Shown: positions 47,935-57,210, numbered from the stretch's first letter. The stretch: 64,000 nt of DNA from Gemmatimonadaceae bacterium (GCA_045803545.1 JBJMOW010000005.1:1024001-1088000), one strand, 5' to 3'. Made by a program: numbers and translations. The notes: generated by a model from the letters alone, not told the origin.

Positions 47935-48735
47935 TTACTGGCCCCTGTTGCGATAATGACGGTTGCGCCGGCTGTCCGGAATGTCGACGGTGCCGCTGAC
48001 ATCGGCGTAGTCGATGTCGCCGCTGCCCTTGTTCTCGACGCGGAAATCCTTGCCGACCTTGTGAACCTCGATTCCGCCGGAGCCGTCGTTGCGGACAATC
48101 ACCGAGCCGCGCACATCGGTGGCGTTGATTCCGCCCGATCCGTCGCTCTCGACCGTGAAGGAGCCAGTGACGTTGCGCACGTCTATATCACCCGAGCCGT
48201 CGTTGACGCTAACGTCGCCGCCGACGTTCTCGATCGTGAGTGATCCTGATCCGTCGCTGACACGCACAGAGTGTGCGCCATCGATCAACAGCTCGCCCGA
48301 ACCGTCGCCCATCTCGAGATCGCCAACGTTGTAAACCTTGGCGTCACCGCTGCCGTCCGAGATGTCGGCGTTCATTCCTTGCGGCACCTGAACAACGAGA
48401 TCAAGCGCGGCCTCGCCGTTATCGTTCCACCCGTCTTGATCGGGGATGTCCGCTTTAATAAAGACGCGATCGCCATCACGCTCGGCGATCAATCGAATGT
48501 CGTTGAGCAAGCCCTGCGACGAAGCGCGGGCAGTGCCGGTGACCTCGACTTGCGTCAGACCAGGCTTGCCTTCGACGCGCAGGCTGCCCGCCGCGGCTTC
48601 CACCTGGACGATGCGCGCACCGTTCGCATTTACGACGGCATTGCGCGGCGCAGTATACGCGCCCTGGGCGTGCGCCGCTGATCCTATCAAAAAGGGCGCT
48701 GCCGCTACCGCTGCGCCTCGAAACTGCCGCTTCAT
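47935..48735 (-). CDS. DUF4097/adhesin-like beta-repeat secreted protein
   Basis: Signal peptide, repeated DGSG(D/S/G) units. Confidence 0.8.
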   Translation of the reverse strand: MKRQFRGAAVAAAPFLIGSAAHAQGAYTAPRNAVVNANGARIVQVEAAAGSLRVEGKPGLTQVEVTGTARASSQGLLNDIRLIAERDGDRVFIKADIPDQDGWNDNGEAALDLVVQVPQGMNADISDGSGDAKVYNVGDLEMGDGSGELLIDGAHSVRVSDGSGSLTIENVGGDVSVNDGSGDIDVRNVTGSFTVESDGSGGINATDVRGSVIVRNDGSGGIEVHKVGKDFRVENKGSGDIDYADVSGTVDIPDSRRNRHYRNRGQ

Positions 48736-48761
48736 GGGTACTCCGTTCAGGTGTGCCGGGT

Positions 48762-48788
48762 TAGACAACCCTACATGCTGTACGGTTT
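48762..48788 (-). promoter_or_regulatory. Candidate ECF sigma promoter AACC-N15-TTGTC
   Basis: Same motif and spacing as upstream of the ECF sigma gene (57211-57236). Confidence 0.55.
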
Positions 48789-48814
48789 GTAGACCCGACG
48801 GTTTCAGCGATAGC

Positions 48815-50011
48815 TCAGGGGAGCAGTGAAAGCTTCCAAATGCCGTTGAGCATGTCTGACGCGTACAGCTTGCCGCCGGCGATCTGAACGCCCCAAATGT
48901 AAACAGGCGGGCCGTCGACCAAACCGTGACCGACCTCGCGGCCCATTGCAGCCAGATTACAACGGCCGATCAGATCTCGCTGTGATGCATCACACGATGA
49001 GAGGTCGCCGCTGACGTCGATCACGCGCACACCGCCGTTGTAATAAGCGGCGTACAGGAGAGCGCGACTCTCGTCCATGAAGAAATTGTGGGTACCGGCG
49101 CCGTCAATGTGGAAGAACGCGACTTCGTGTGGCGATGCGAGGTTGCTGACATCGACGACATGGATATCGCCACTTGCCGTCGAGCCCACGAAACCCGGGC
49201 CCTCCTGCCCCACGAATGCGTAACGCTTTTCGCCGGTGTTGGGGTTCTTGTACCACCAGATGTTGTGAGCCTCGCCGCCAACAGTTGCGAGCCTGCTCAA
49301 CTCGACCGGATTGGATGGTGTGCCTCCGCTGCCCCCGCCGCCGATATCCCAGATCTTGATGCCGGCATCCCACACTGCGATGAACAAAATGCCGTCACGG
49401 ACGAAAGTATCGTGCGTGTACGGCGCACCCATCGTCTGCGTGTAAACCTGAGTCGGCGTGGCAGGATCGGTGATGTCGACTATTACCAGCCGCGCCAATC
49501 CCGAATTGCCAATGTCGACGGCGAGGAAAGCGTACAGGCGGCCGTTCACGCGCTCCACGTTTGCTGTGTGCACACCGGGATCAGTGAGCCCGGTGGTGTA
49601 GCGCGTGATCAGCTGCGGCTTTCGCGGATTGGCGAGACTGTACAGAACGATCGACCCGGGACTGAACTCTGTCGCAACGACCAACAGCTGGCCGTCGTCG
49701 CTCGTCTGGATGTCGCCGAGGGTCACAGCGTTCGGCACGATCAGCGAATCGATCAGAGTAGGAATGTCTCCGCTCACATCCCAGATCTTCACCGCGTTCC
49801 CTGGAGTACCGCGATTTCCCCAGGTCGTGGTGTAGGCGACGCTGCCGACCGCCCATACCTCGCCGGTGAAGCGGTCCTGCACCGAACCGTTGCCCAGCAC
49901 GGTGAGAGCCCGGGATCCGTGCGGCGGCGCCTGGAGGGACTGCCCACTTTCACATCCAGTTGAGAGCGCGATGAGAACGGCGATGCCAGCGGCGAAGATG
50001 ATTCCTTTCAC
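48815..50011 (-). CDS. LVIVD-repeat beta-propeller lipoprotein
   Basis: STGC lipobox; LVIVDITDP, IHVVDVSN and VRVIDVS repeats. Confidence 0.82.
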   Translation of the reverse strand: MKGIIFAAGIAVLIALSTGCESGQSLQAPPHGSRALTVLGNGSVQDRFTGEVWAVGSVAYTTTWGNRGTPGNAVKIWDVSGDIPTLIDSLIVPNAVTLGDIQTSDDGQLLVVATEFSPGSIVLYSLANPRKPQLITRYTTGLTDPGVHTANVERVNGRLYAFLAVDIGNSGLARLVIVDITDPATPTQVYTQTMGAPYTHDTFVRDGILFIAVWDAGIKIWDIGGGGSGGTPSNPVELSRLATVGGEAHNIWWYKNPNTGEKRYAFVGQEGPGFVGSTASGDIHVVDVSNLASPHEVAFFHIDGAGTHNFFMDESRALLYAAYYNGGVRVIDVSGDLSSCDASQRDLIGRCNLAAMGREVGHGLVDGPPVYIWGVQIAGGKLYASDMLNGIWKLSLLP

Positions 50012-50041
50012 TTTGGCGGTCCGAAGAGTGAACGCGACTTC

Positions 50042-51247
50042 TTAGTTCTTGTCATGTGACTGCGGCATGTTCATACCCCGCATTGATTCCGATGGCCGCG
50101 CACTTATGGCGGCGCCGTACCGGCCCATCCGCATGTGCTCCATCCCAAAGCCGATCTTCATTCCCGCCGACAAACTCCAGATGGTGCTCGAACCGTAGAA
50201 CGTGCGAGGATCGAATCCGGCCGGTTGCAGTGTCGGAGCAACGCGCGCGCGCGCAACTTCGGCGAACGGCTCGTATGAGATCCTGTTAGTCGATAGCTCC
50301 ACTGCTGCGCGAGCAGTCAGAATGGTCCACCGTGACCGACCGGAGATACTCAAATCGGTCGGAGGAACTGGCGAGCGAAATTCGTTGAGCAGACGTTGCT
50401 CGTCGGGCCGCTCGGTACGCTCAATTCGAATCGCGCCATTGACGCGCTGGTACTTCGCCCAGGTTTCTGCCAGCATCGATGTGAACGCGAATATTTGGTC
50501 CGAGCCGGCGTAGTCATTGGTACGCGCCCATTCGACCAACGCGTAGCCGGAGTGCTGGTTATCCTCGAGCCGGATCGATGCGCTGTGCTTGCGCTGATCA
50601 GCGCCGCCGCCAGCCGGGTTCTCCGGCGATTTTACACGCGCGTAGCTCGTCTGCAGCTCTGCCTGAGTCCACGGCGTGTAAGACACGCGTGCAGACCAGG
50701 AATCCCAATACCGATTTTGATTCGGCACATCGCCCGGACCGGTTGGCTCATCGCCGTTGAACGAGCTGGCTTCCAAGACAAAATCGCTGACCCGCAGCGC
50801 ACCAACTGCAACCGCGCGCTCGAGGATCTGGGACAAGTGGTGATTGATCGGATACTTCTCGATCGGTCTCGCCATCGGATCGTCGGTGCCAAAGGCCGCG
50901 AAGCCCTTGCCCACAGCGAGCGAGATCGCGTTTGATCGCTCACCGCCGAACCGTGTCATCGACACCAGCATCAGCTCGTGCAGGTAAGTGTGCGGATGAC
51001 GGCGATCGACGTAACCTTCACCGTAGATCCCGGGAGTCAGCTCACCTCGCTTGATGGTGAGACCCTCGAGATTGAGTGTCGCTTTCATCGACAGCAGGTC
51101 CCGCCACGGGTTCAAGTCGAGCATCACTGCCGGCTGCGTCAGGTACCCCTCAGTAAAAGCGCGGTCGTGAACGGCAGGTGATACTCTGGTTACGACGCCA
51201 ATGGCTTGTGCGCCGACCATTAGCTGCGCGAGCAGAAAAAGAATCAA
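50042..51247 (-). CDS. Hypothetical protein, probably an outer-membrane beta-barrel, with His/Met motifs
   Basis: Alternating beta-strand pattern, DRRHPHTYLHE, NHH, Met-rich tail; start uncertain. Confidence 0.65.
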   Translation of the reverse strand: MILFLLAQLMVGAQAIGVVTRVSPAVHDRAFTEGYLTQPAVMLDLNPWRDLLSMKATLNLEGLTIKRGELTPGIYGEGYVDRRHPHTYLHELMLVSMTRFGGERSNAISLAVGKGFAAFGTDDPMARPIEKYPINHHLSQILERAVAVGALRVSDFVLEASSFNGDEPTGPGDVPNQNRYWDSWSARVSYTPWTQAELQTSYARVKSPENPAGGGADQRKHSASIRLEDNQHSGYALVEWARTNDYAGSDQIFAFTSMLAETWAKYQRVNGAIRIERTERPDEQRLLNEFRSPVPPTDLSISGRSRWTILTARAAVELSTNRISYEPFAEVARARVAPTLQPAGFDPRTFYGSSTIWSLSAGMKIGFGMEHMRMGRYGAAISARPSESMRGMNMPQSHDKN

Positions 51248-51318
51248 AGCTTTATGGGTGGCAGAGGACGCGAGTGCGGTGTATTCTTTGACTCGAATAT
51301 CGCATGGGGGAGTAACAC

Positions 51319-51921
51319 ATGGTGAAAAAGACAGCGCTCACCGCGCTCGTAGTCGCGTCGATCACGGCGTCCGGTGTCGCCGGTGCACAAGCTGCCACCG
51401 CCACAGCGGCAAGCGCTGGCCCCGCGATCAATGACCTCGCGCCTGACTTTTCGCTTACCGGCGCAGATCGTTACGGCGTCCTCAAGACCCCGGTCAAACT
51501 TTCCGACTATCGCGGCCGGACCGTCGTACTTGCCTTCTTTTTTCAGGCGCGGACCAAAGGCTGAACGATCCAAATGGAGGCGTACCGTGATCAGTACGCC
51601 ACGCTCTTCAACAACGGCCGCAACGTAACCGTCATCGGCATCAGCGTCGACCCGGACACTGCACTCGCGTCATGGGCGCGCGACGAGGATTTCCCGGTGG
51701 TGTTCGCCAGCGACCCGGGTGGAACGGTTGGCAAATCGTACGGCGCATTTGACGAGAAGAACAAACTCGACAACCGCTCGCTGTTCGTCATAAGGCCTGA
51801 TGGCCGAATCGCTTACGTAGCGAAGCCGTTCAAGGTGCTGACGCCGTCCGCATACACGGATCTTGCGGCGGTAGTGGACAGTCTCGCGCCGCCCGCCGCC
51901 AAAGGCACGTCCGACAAATAG
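51319..51921 (+). CDS. Exported AhpC/TSA (peroxiredoxin-like) selenoprotein, Sec at in-frame TGA 51562-51564 (residue 82 of 200)
   Basis: ORFs 51319-51564 and 51574-51921 are in frame; APDFSL, LSDYRG.TVVLAFF..ARTKG-TGA-T, VIGISVD, SD, RSLFVI..DG.I; SECIS-like hairpin follows. Confidence 0.85.
51579..51600 (+). promoter_or_regulatory. Candidate bacterial SECIS element
   Basis: ggcgtac-cgtgatca-gtacgcc hairpin starting 14 nt after the TGA, G at loop position 2. Confidence 0.7.
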
Positions 51922-51955
51922 AAAAGCCGCGGACTTTTGAGTCCGCGGCTTTTTT
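51922..51955. terminator. Bidirectional intrinsic terminator
   Basis: aaaagccgcggact-tttg-agtccgcggctttttt between convergent genes. Confidence 0.85.
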
Positions 51956-51990
51956 GCCTACGGCCAACCGCCGTCGCCTGGCTATCTCGG

Positions 51991-52491
51991 CTACAACGCC
52001 TTCCGGATCGCTGCGTCGAGATCCTGTTTGCCACCCAGTCCTGTGTACACAACCCTTCCGGTCTTGTCCAGCACGACGACGTACGATGTCGCCGGCGCGT
52101 CGAATGCGCCCGCAGCTTTCCCATCGGTGTCGTAAAGAGTTTCGTGCGGCAACGGATGCGCAGCCAGCCAGCGTCGGACTTTTTCCGGCGACTGATTGAT
52201 CGCGACGGCTAACGCGAGAAACTTCACTCGCTTGCCATACTTCTTTTCCGTCTCGAGAAGCGTCGGCATCAGCTCCCGGCAGTTCGGGCACCACGTAGCC
52301 CAGAACTCGATCAGCACTGGCGTCTTGCCGATGTACTTGCTGAGGTCGACTGTTTTTCCGTCGAGCGCATTCACTGTCACCGCCGGTGCCGCCGCCCCAA
52401 CGTCGATGCCAAGATCCTGCGCGCGACCCGTACCAGCCACAGCGACAACAAGTCCGCCGGCGATTGCCAGTGTCTTAACTCTGAATGCCAT
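51991..52491 (-). CDS. TlpA/ResA family exported thiol-disulfide reductase
   Basis: Signal peptide, FWATWCPNC. Confidence 0.9.
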   Translation of the reverse strand: MAFRVKTLAIAGGLVVAVAGTGRAQDLGIDVGAAAPAVTVNALDGKTVDLSKYIGKTPVLIEFWATWCPNCRELMPTLLETEKKYGKRVKFLALAVAINQSPEKVRRWLAAHPLPHETLYDTDGKAAGAFDAPATSYVVVLDKTGRVVYTGLGGKQDLDAAIRKAL

Positions 52492-52521
52492 TCAAATCTG
52501 TCCCGTCGCCTGCAGCGGATG

Positions 52522-52551
52522 GCTATCAGCTAGCTGCTATCAGCTACCAGC
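52522..52551. repeat. Second heptamer repeat type, GCTAnnn x4
   Basis: gctatca gctagct gctatca gctacca gc. Confidence 0.6.
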
Positions 52552-52582
52552 GGTGAATTGCGCTTTTAAGTTCGCAGTCTGT

Positions 52583-53299
52583 CTAGATGATCAGCTGTCC
52601 CATTTGCACAAGGTAATACTCCGCAACGCCCAACATGATCAATGCAAAGATCCGCTTGATCCATAGCATCCATGTACCAGCGCGCGGTAGCCTCGCCAGC
52701 GAGCCGCTGAACAGACCCACGATTACGAGCAGCGTACACATCCCGAGCGAAAATACGAAGAGGTAGATAAAACCAAGCACTCCGCTTTTTGTCGTCGTCA
52801 CCCACGTCAGGACAGCTGCCATCACCGGCGCCGAGCAAGGCGCAGCGACCAGTCCCGACACCGCGCCCATCAGAAACACTCCGTACGGAGTCCCTCCCTC
52901 TCCAACGCTGGACGCTCGCGTCAGCAGCCACGATGGCACACTCACCGGCACCACATCCAGCATCGCCAGCGCGGCAACGATCAGAAGATTCGCCATCGCG
53001 AAGTAGAGCCACGGATTGGTGCTCACGGACCCGAACAGGGTTCCAGTCAATCCAGCGAACAATCCGAGTGACGCATAGGCCAGCGCCAGGCCGAAGACGT
53101 AAGTGAAAGTCAACAGCACTGTTCGTCCACGCGGCCTCGGTCCGATTCGAACTGAATTCCCGCCGACGATCGCCGCAGTGATGGGAATCATCGGATAGAT
53201 GCAGGGCGCCAGGCTCGTGAGCACGCCGGCGATGAAAAGAATCGGCAGCGCGGTTAGCGGATTCGATGACAACCGCTGGGAAATTCCAGTAAAGTCCAA
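52583..53299 (-). CDS. ccdA: CcdA/DsbD-type transmembrane electron transporter
   Basis: SLAPCIYPMIP and AAPCSAP, 6 TM, LPRAGTWM. Confidence 0.9.
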   Translation of the reverse strand: MDFTGISQRLSSNPLTALPILFIAGVLTSLAPCIYPMIPITAAIVGGNSVRIGPRPRGRTVLLTFTYVFGLALAYASLGLFAGLTGTLFGSVSTNPWLYFAMANLLIVAALAMLDVVPVSVPSWLLTRASSVGEGGTPYGVFLMGAVSGLVAAPCSAPVMAAVLTWVTTTKSGVLGFIYLFVFSLGMCTLLVIVGLFSGSLARLPRAGTWMLWIKRIFALIMLGVAEYYLVQMGQLII

Positions 53300-53343
53300 A
53301 GGTTTCTGTTGAGGAAACTTGCAGAGGAAAAACTACTAGCTTG

Positions 53344-53393
53344 GGGCTGGCTGCTCATAGCCAGGCTCGGGTTGGCTGCTCATGCCCAGCCTC
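53344..53393. repeat. Tandem 25-bp imperfect duplication
   Basis: gggctggctgctcatagccaggctc / gggttggctgctcatgcccagcctc (4 mismatches). Confidence 0.7.
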
Positions 53394-53398
53394 GACAT

Positions 53399-53439
53399 TA
53401 AACAAAACAAAGGGTCGGCGCCTGCGCACCGACCCTTTG
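53399..53439 (-). terminator. Terminator of the ECF/HEAT operon
   Basis: caaagggtcgg...ccgaccctttg stem, U-rich tail on -. Confidence 0.7.
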
Positions 53440-53510
53440 GTCGACTAATTCAACCTCACGGCCACCGGCTGAAAGCTCGCGGCCGCCAGCTGGTCCTTTC
53501 GTCTAGCCGC

Positions 53511-54326
53511 TCACTGCCTGGTCAGAATCTGCTCGAACAAATCCAGCGCTCTCGGATCCCCCGACTGCCCAAGCCAGAACATTGCTTTCTTTCTGATTTC
53601 GGGATCCTTGTTGCTCTTGGCTATCGCAATCAGCGCGGGAATTCCTTCTTCGCGCGGACGCTGTGACAGTGCGAACACTGCCTGCTCCCGCACTTCCCGA
53701 TCGACGCCATTATCGACGACGATATCCGACAGACCGCGCGTCGCCGCCTCACCTGCCGCCTGGCCTACCCAGAACACAGACTGAGTGCGCGTCGACCTTG
53801 GAAGATTATCGTTGCGCGCGAGTTTGATCAGCGAGGGCCAGACATCCGCGCTATCGACCAGCGTCACGGGAAGGATTGCCTTCTCTCCCATACTTCCGCG
53901 CTCAGTTTGGGCCACCGAGAGCAGGTAGTTGGCGATCTCGCGAGCGGGAACCATGCCAAGATCTACAACGTCTGACGCAGCCGGACGCCACCGACCGCCA
54001 ACGTAAAACCTCAGGTCGGTTATCTCACCACGCCGCCGGTCGATCACCAATCGCCCGGGACCGTGACTGCAATCGTCCTCCCACTCCACGTCGCGCGAGG
54101 TGTTCCATCTGCTGTCGCCCCACGTCATTCGGCCACGACCGCCCGAGTGCGAAATTGAATTGCCGCTGCCACAGATTTCCGGACGAACGTTGAAGGACAT
54201 CCGTACACTTCCATCCGAAACCTTTGCGACCTGACTGGCGATGCTCTGTGCCTGCGCGGCAGCCGCCGCGATGGTAGCGACGCCAATCGCCGCTGTCGCT
54301 ACCCGTGCAAATCCGCGCGCACTCAT
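53511..54326 (-). CDS. Exported HEAT-repeat protein
   Basis: Signal peptide; VREQAVFALSQ and IRKKAMFWLGQ repeats. Confidence 0.85.
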   Translation of the reverse strand: MSARGFARVATAAIGVATIAAAAAQAQSIASQVAKVSDGSVRMSFNVRPEICGSGNSISHSGGRGRMTWGDSRWNTSRDVEWEDDCSHGPGRLVIDRRRGEITDLRFYVGGRWRPAASDVVDLGMVPAREIANYLLSVAQTERGSMGEKAILPVTLVDSADVWPSLIKLARNDNLPRSTRTQSVFWVGQAAGEAATRGLSDIVVDNGVDREVREQAVFALSQRPREEGIPALIAIAKSNKDPEIRKKAMFWLGQSGDPRALDLFEQILTRQ

Positions 54327-55774
54327 TTGTTGATTAGATCGAGAAGGAACTGCTGCACGCGCGGGTCACGCGACTGACCCAGCCAGAAGATCGCCTTCTT
54401 GCGCAGGTCAGCGTCCTTCTCGGTCTTTGCAATGTCGAACATCTTGTCGATCGCCGCCGGCTCGCGCTGACGTTGCGACAGAACGAAAATGATCTGCTCC
54501 TTCATCTCGGTGTCGTTCATCCGGTCATAGAGCTGCGCCAGCTGAGGAATCGCGATCCCATTCTGACCGGCCCAGAACAACGCTTTCTTGCGCAGCTCGA
54601 TGTCTTCCTTCGTATTGAGGGCAATGTTCATCAGCCATTGATCGTTGCCCGCACCCTTCTGCTGTGACAGCGAGAACAGAATCTTTTCCTTCAAATCCTG
54701 GTCGGTGAGCCGCGTATACAGAGTGCGCAGGAACTCCGTATTGTCGCTCGAGCGGCGCTGCCCGAGCCAGAAAATCGCCTTCTCGCGCAAATCGGACGAT
54801 TCGCTCTCTCTCATTGCGAAATCGCGCAGAACCTGCTGCGCCCTCGGCTCGTTCTGCTGCGACAGCGAGAACAACGCTTTCTCCTTGATGTTCTCGTCGC
54901 CGTTGCCCTGCAGAATCTGCTCGAGCAATCCGGTCGAACCTGGAACCTGCGATAGCCAGAATACCGCCTGCTCGCGGACTTCCTGATCCGGATCGCTGCG
55001 TGCGACGTTCATCAGAATGTTCGCCGTCTCGGGCGTCCGCTTCTGCGACACCAGGAACACTGCTTTGCGACGCAGCGCTGCCGAGCATGCATCGCGGCGC
55101 TCGAGCACTTTCTTGAGGATCGGCATCGCCTGATCCGCATCCATTTGCAGCAATGCGTTCAGTGCGGCGATACGGTCGTCGTCCTCGTCGTCGTCAGATG
55201 GACAGCTGCGGCCCTGCTGCGGAGCCGTGCCGACTGTGCCGGGGTCTGCCTTCTCGGTGATGGTCCTGGCGCAGGATTCGTCACCGCGCTTCGCCAGCTC
55301 ACCGCAGACACGAGTAAAGAGAGTCGCGCCGTCTGAAGAGCTGGCAATACTTGGAAACCGAGTCTTCAATTCGTTGAGGCGATCGCGTGCGCTGCTCAGC
55401 TCGTCGTCGCCGCCGCTGCGATAAAGTGAGTAGGCCTCGTAGTACATCGCCTGGCCTGCGTACGCCGACTGCGGATAACGCTCGGGAATGCGGTGGAAGA
55501 TCTCCGCCGCACGCTTCCAGTCGCTGCGCGCCATCGCTTCTCGTGCCAGTCTGTAAAGAGAGTCAGCCGGATCTGCTTTCGCCCACGGCTCTGGGGGAAG
55601 CGGATTGGCCTGTTGATCGAGCGACTTGAACTCGTCGCTCAGTTGCGGCTGCGCGGTGCTGAATCCCAGCCGCGCAAGGCTCGAGTCAATGGTTGAAGGG
55701 CTGACCGGAGCTTTTTGCACTCCGATCGCCGACGAAATTATTGCTGCTGCCGTGAGTAGGGTTCTCATAGTCAT
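54323..55774 (-). CDS. Exported TPR plus HEAT-repeat protein
   Basis: Signal peptide, BamD-like TPR (RYPQSAYAGQAMYY), alternating KA.FWL.Q / FSLSQ repeats. Confidence 0.85.
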   Translation of the reverse strand: MTMRTLLTAAAIISSAIGVQKAPVSPSTIDSSLARLGFSTAQPQLSDEFKSLDQQANPLPPEPWAKADPADSLYRLAREAMARSDWKRAAEIFHRIPERYPQSAYAGQAMYYEAYSLYRSGGDDELSSARDRLNELKTRFPSIASSSDGATLFTRVCGELAKRGDESCARTITEKADPGTVGTAPQQGRSCPSDDDEDDDRIAALNALLQMDADQAMPILKKVLERRDACSAALRRKAVFLVSQKRTPETANILMNVARSDPDQEVREQAVFWLSQVPGSTGLLEQILQGNGDENIKEKALFSLSQQNEPRAQQVLRDFAMRESESSDLREKAIFWLGQRRSSDNTEFLRTLYTRLTDQDLKEKILFSLSQQKGAGNDQWLMNIALNTKEDIELRKKALFWAGQNGIAIPQLAQLYDRMNDTEMKEQIIFVLSQRQREPAAIDKMFDIAKTEKDADLRKKAIFWLGQSRDPRVQQFLLDLINK

Positions 55775-55784
55775 TGGAGGGTCC

Positions 55785-56627
55785 TCAACTACCATGCTGC
55801 GCGCCCGCTGGAATCGCGGTGCGCAGCCTCGTCATTACGTGGTTTTGCTGAAGCGTTTTTTCGATCAGGTCGCGATCCTGTGGCGTGCTGCCGGGCGATA
55901 GCTGCTGGACGATCTGGACTAGTACGAGCTCCAGGTCCTGCAACAACGGACGCCGCTGCGGATCGTCGCCGACTGGAGAGTCGATTAGCAGACGCGTGTT
56001 GGTGAGCAGCTGGCGGGCCCACGTGCCCAGCTGCGCATCCATCTGTTGGTCGGCACTCGAACGACTTCTGAATGAAGTAAGGAGTGCTTCTGCCTCACTG
56101 AGATTCTGCATTGCGGTGAGCTGATAGGCGGAGCTCGAACGAGTCGACGCCCGCGGTATCTCTACCGCCACGCGACTTTCAGCGCCACCAACATCAGTGT
56201 TGCGGCGCTGGCCGCCATTCGAAGTAGCGGGTTGCGGCTGATGTGAGCTCTCGCCGCCCGTCGTTGCAACCTGCGCAGGCGAGGCGCTACCGGAGTCGGT
56301 CTGATCCGGGCTTACCGTTACCGGGGGCTGTGGGATTGAAGGATTAGCTGCAACCAACGGAGCCGCTTGCGGCGCCGTCAGGCGACCGATTCCAACACCG
56401 GTTGCAATCAGCAGCATCGCTGCCGCTGCTGCCCCCAGCCATACCCGCGTTCCGAACCGTCTCTCGTGAACAGGCGACGATGCTCCGCCCCCATAGACCA
56501 CACGTGGTCCGGCCGCACGCTTCGCCTGAATCGCACTCCACATCTCTTCACGTGGAACCCGAACCGGCGGAACGTTATAGGTCTGTGTTGTCTTCTTGAG
56601 AAACTTCTCGAAATTCTCTTCAGTCAT
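55785..56627 (-). CDS. Putative single-TM anti-sigma factor
   Basis: ATGA overlap with the ECF sigma; MWSAI, one TM helix, extracytoplasmic domain. Confidence 0.72.
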   Translation of the reverse strand: MTEENFEKFLKKTTQTYNVPPVRVPREEMWSAIQAKRAAGPRVVYGGGASSPVHERRFGTRVWLGAAAAAMLLIATGVGIGRLTAPQAAPLVAANPSIPQPPVTVSPDQTDSGSASPAQVATTGGESSHQPQPATSNGGQRRNTDVGGAESRVAVEIPRASTRSSSAYQLTAMQNLSEAEALLTSFRSRSSADQQMDAQLGTWARQLLTNTRLLIDSPVGDDPQRRPLLQDLELVLVQIVQQLSPGSTPQDRDLIEKTLQQNHVMTRLRTAIPAGAQHGS

Positions 56628-57199
56628 GACACCCACTCCGGTGCAAAGTCCGCCAGCATGACGCGCAGTTTGCTTCTCGCTTGAAACAGGTGCGACTTCG
56701 ATGTCCCGATCGGGATTCCCATCGCTTCGCTGATCTCTTCGTGCGTGTAGCCTTCCACGTCGTGCATCACGAACACTGTTCTGTATTTCTCCGCCAGCGA
56801 GTCGATTGCTCTCGCCAGTCTCTCCTTCAGATCCGGCTCCGCCTCTTGTCTGGCGAAACCAACCGTTATTCCCTCTTCAATCGGCGCTTCCCGACTACGC
56901 TGACGCTTCGTTTTTCTCAAACCGTTCAGCGTCACCGAGAGACCGATCGAGTGCAACCAGGTCGACAACGATGATTCCCCGCGAAAGCCGCCGATCTTCT
57001 CGAATGCCCGGATAAACGTCGCCTGCGTGAAATCACGCGCCAGCTCGTCGTCACCCGCCAGCCGGAACGTCAGCCGGTAGATCCGATCAACATATGTCTC
57101 GTATAACTCACGCTCGGCGGCCGCATCGCCAGCAACCACACGCGTGATGAGTTGGGTATCGTTCACCGAGCTCCGAGACTCGTAGGCAACCAGTTGCAT
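56624..57199 (-). CDS. ECF RNA polymerase sigma factor
   Basis: DFTQATF, FRGESSLSTWL, VFVMHDVEGYTHEEI, GTSKS.L..AR. Confidence 0.93.
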   Translation of the reverse strand: MQLVAYESRSSVNDTQLITRVVAGDAAAERELYETYVDRIYRLTFRLAGDDELARDFTQATFIRAFEKIGGFRGESSLSTWLHSIGLSVTLNGLRKTKRQRSREAPIEEGITVGFARQEAEPDLKERLARAIDSLAEKYRTVFVMHDVEGYTHEEISEAMGIPIGTSKSHLFQARSKLRVMLADFAPEWVS

Positions 57200-57210
57200 T
57201 GTCGAACTTC

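Noticed and set aside
51319..51921. Pseudogene or two separate genes
   Set aside because: The only lesion is a TGA exactly at the catalytic residue with a SECIS-like hairpin after it; recoding is the better explanation, though unproven
53344..53393. CRISPR array
   Set aside because: Two adjacent units without spacers and no cas genes
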